Positions 62,101-64,000 of a DNA stretch of 64,000 bases are shown piece after piece. Below the pieces are notes generated by a model, which worked only from the letters and a program-made list of their open reading frames with translations, did no database searches and was not told where the DNA came from. The DNA is taken from the NCBI GenBank assembly GCA_030390025.1, contig CM059432.1:124932001-124996000 (forward strand). Reading direction: 5' to 3'. The stretch comes from Squalus acanthias (taxonomy: Eukaryota). Position 1 is the first letter of the stretch. Each line of letters opens with the position of its first letter. The position numbers and the translations under genes are program-made.

Positions 62101-62950
62101 TCACACTCCCAGCCACCAGCTCCCCAAGGTCGTCCTGCAAGGCCATTTGAAGTGTCCCCCACTGAAAGTCAGCAGCCTTCCACCAGCCATACTGCAGCCA
62201 CTGGGGTAGCACTGCGTGACATCACTAGGGTAGGCAAAGTCACACACAAGACAGTCACTGAGGGAATGCACAAGGGTGATTAGTTGACTTTTTGATGTAA
62301 TATTGGATGCATATATGGATAAAGTTGGATTGGAAAATTTGCTTTGTGGTGGCTTGTATTTCAACATTGTGGCCAAGAGGACACTGTGATGGTCAGTAAC
62401 AGAGGGAAGGTAAGGTGTGGGACAAATGTTGAAAGGGGAATTGGGGTTGTGTTCACTGGTACTGCAGGCAGATGATTCAAACCTAGATATCCCGGCCAGA
62501 AAGGGGCTGTGTTGTTTCCTTCCTTCTGCTTCCTCCTCTTCTCCTTCCTTTGCCCTCTGCGAGCAGCTTGTCCCCTTTGCTGCCTCTGCTCCATCTCCAT
62601 GGGATGCTGCAGCCCAAGGGGGACTGCAACTAGAGCCCCCAGGGCTGGGAGCAAGTGGTGTTCTCAGAGGCCTTCCTTTAAGTGCCAAAGCCTTGCAAAC
62701 ATCCAGCAGCACTCCCTGCACACTTTAAGAACTTTTTAAATGTATTGCACCAAGCCACTACTCCAATAAAATGTAAAGAAACCAGTCCAAAAGCAGCCTG
62801 AAATTTGTGTGTGTCCCTTTAAGAAGTGCTGGCAGCGTCTCTGTTGTACTGCTGCCTGCATGTTCTTCCGTGCATGGTTTGGAGAGGGCGTTATTAAGAG
62901 TGACGACATCCAAAATCACAGATTGTGCATCAATTCAGGCGATACAGTAT
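59173..62950. mobile_element. Decayed Harbinger element (Myb/SANT relic on plus at about 61378-62280; transposase N-terminus relic on minus near 62600), split by CR1
   Basis: GGGCTGAAATTT left end; MVQQARERAPR...WDQITEAI...PRTWLQC; QQPSTS...GVALR C-terminus like 33701-34588; right boundary unclear. Confidence 0.65.
59532..61290 (-). mobile_element. CR1 LINE, same family as CR1-B
   Basis: MHPRMLREV, QHGF.K, KAFERVQKRFTRM; CATAGAAT tail. Confidence 0.93.
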
Positions 62951-62998
62951 TGAATGGATAGCAATATTTGACAGTGATCAGGATGTTTGTGATTGAAT

Positions 62999-63038
62999 GT
63001 GATACCCTGGTCAATTGTTTAATTGACCAGGGTATCAC
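62999..63038. repeat. Perfect 18-bp inverted repeat with 4-nt loop
   Basis: GTGATACCCTGGTCAATT-GTTT-AATTGACCAGGGTATCAC. Confidence 0.95.
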
Positions 63039-63049
63039 TTTAGATAGTA

Positions 63050-64000
63050 AAACATAGGTAGAAAAAGTGTTGAGGTCCTTCAGACAGAGTTTCAGGAGCT
63101 AGGAAAAAGGTTAAAAAAAAGGACCTCAAAGGTAGTAATCTCAGGATTACTTCTAGTGCCACGTGCTCGTGAGTATAGAAACAGGAAGATAGCGCAGGTA
63201 AATGCGTGGCTGGAGAAATGGTGCAGGAGGGACAGTTTCAGATTCTTGGGGCATTGGGACTGGTTCTGGGGAAGGGGCACCTGTACAAGATGAACAGGTT
63301 GCACCTGAACAGAGCTCGGACCAATGTTCTCGCTGAGAGGTTAACTAGTGCTTTTGGGGAGGTTTAAACTAGTTTGACAGAGGGAGCAGAACCAGAAAAT
63401 AGCAGAAAGCAACAGAAATGAGATCAGAGGACAGAGATATAAACAGCAGTAAAATTAGAAATATCCCAAAAATTGCAGGGACCAGATTGAGGAAAATAGC
63501 AAAAGTGACGAAGAGGTATTAAATTGTATGTACGTCAACATCTGTAGTGTAACTAATAAGGTTGGTGAGCTGCAGGCACAAATTGCTACATGGGATTACG
63601 ATGTGGTTGCATTAATAGAGACATGGCTCAAACAAGGCCAGGAATGGGTTCTTAATATTCCTGGTTACCAAGTAATTAGGAATGATAGAGAAGGAAAAGG
63701 AGGGGTGCATGGTAGTATTGATTAAGAATTATGTTACAGTAAAAAAGGTTATACTAGATGGTTCTAGGACTGAATCTATTAGGCTTAAGTTGAGGAACAG
63801 AGGAGGAGCTGTTACATTGCTAGGAGTTTTTTTATAGAGCTCCAAACAGTGAGATGGAGATAGATGAGCAAATTTGTTGGCAAATTCCAAAGGTGTGTAA
63901 GAAAAATAGTGTAGTAATATTAGGAGACCTTAATTACCCTAATATAGACTGGGAAAAACATAGTGCTCAGGGTAGGGAAGGAGAGGAATTTCTGATGTGT
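63050..64000 (+). mobile_element. Decayed CR1 (ORF1 esterase end and ORF2 endonuclease start)
   Basis: KVVISGLLLVPRA, VNAWLEKWCRR, YVNICSVTNK, LIETWL, GDLNYPNIDW. Confidence 0.88.

Overview
Eukaryotic genomic DNA from a vertebrate, very probably a shark or other cartilaginous fish, judged from the HE1/V-SINE, Deu-domain SINE and CR1/L2 repertoire. The window holds the middle and 3' part of the host gene RGS22 on the minus strand: 12 supported exons between 49104 and 353, plus 2 weak upstream candidates. The large introns are filled with transposable elements. Main points: (1) an apparently intact, very young Gypsy/Ty3 LTR retrotransposon (52633-57052) with identical 183-bp LTRs, a 5-bp TSD and one 1318-aa ORF; it has no tRNA-type PBS but a 12-nt PBS complementary to its own LTR (candidate self-priming) and a YLDN RT motif. 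(2) A full-length two-gene PIF/Harbinger transposon (32356-36574), with two MITEs that are deletion derivatives keeping the first codons of both genes. (3) A Neptune-type Penelope element with an intact RT/GIY-YIG reading frame, inverted pseudo-LTRs and hammerhead-ribozyme cores, nested in CR1 within CR1. (4) Three host-gene oddities: a GC-AG intron, a 1-nt frameshift in a conserved exon, and a splice donor overlapping a MITE terminus. All calls were made by eye, and RGS22 homology is from recalled sequence. Boundaries of decayed repeats are approximate.
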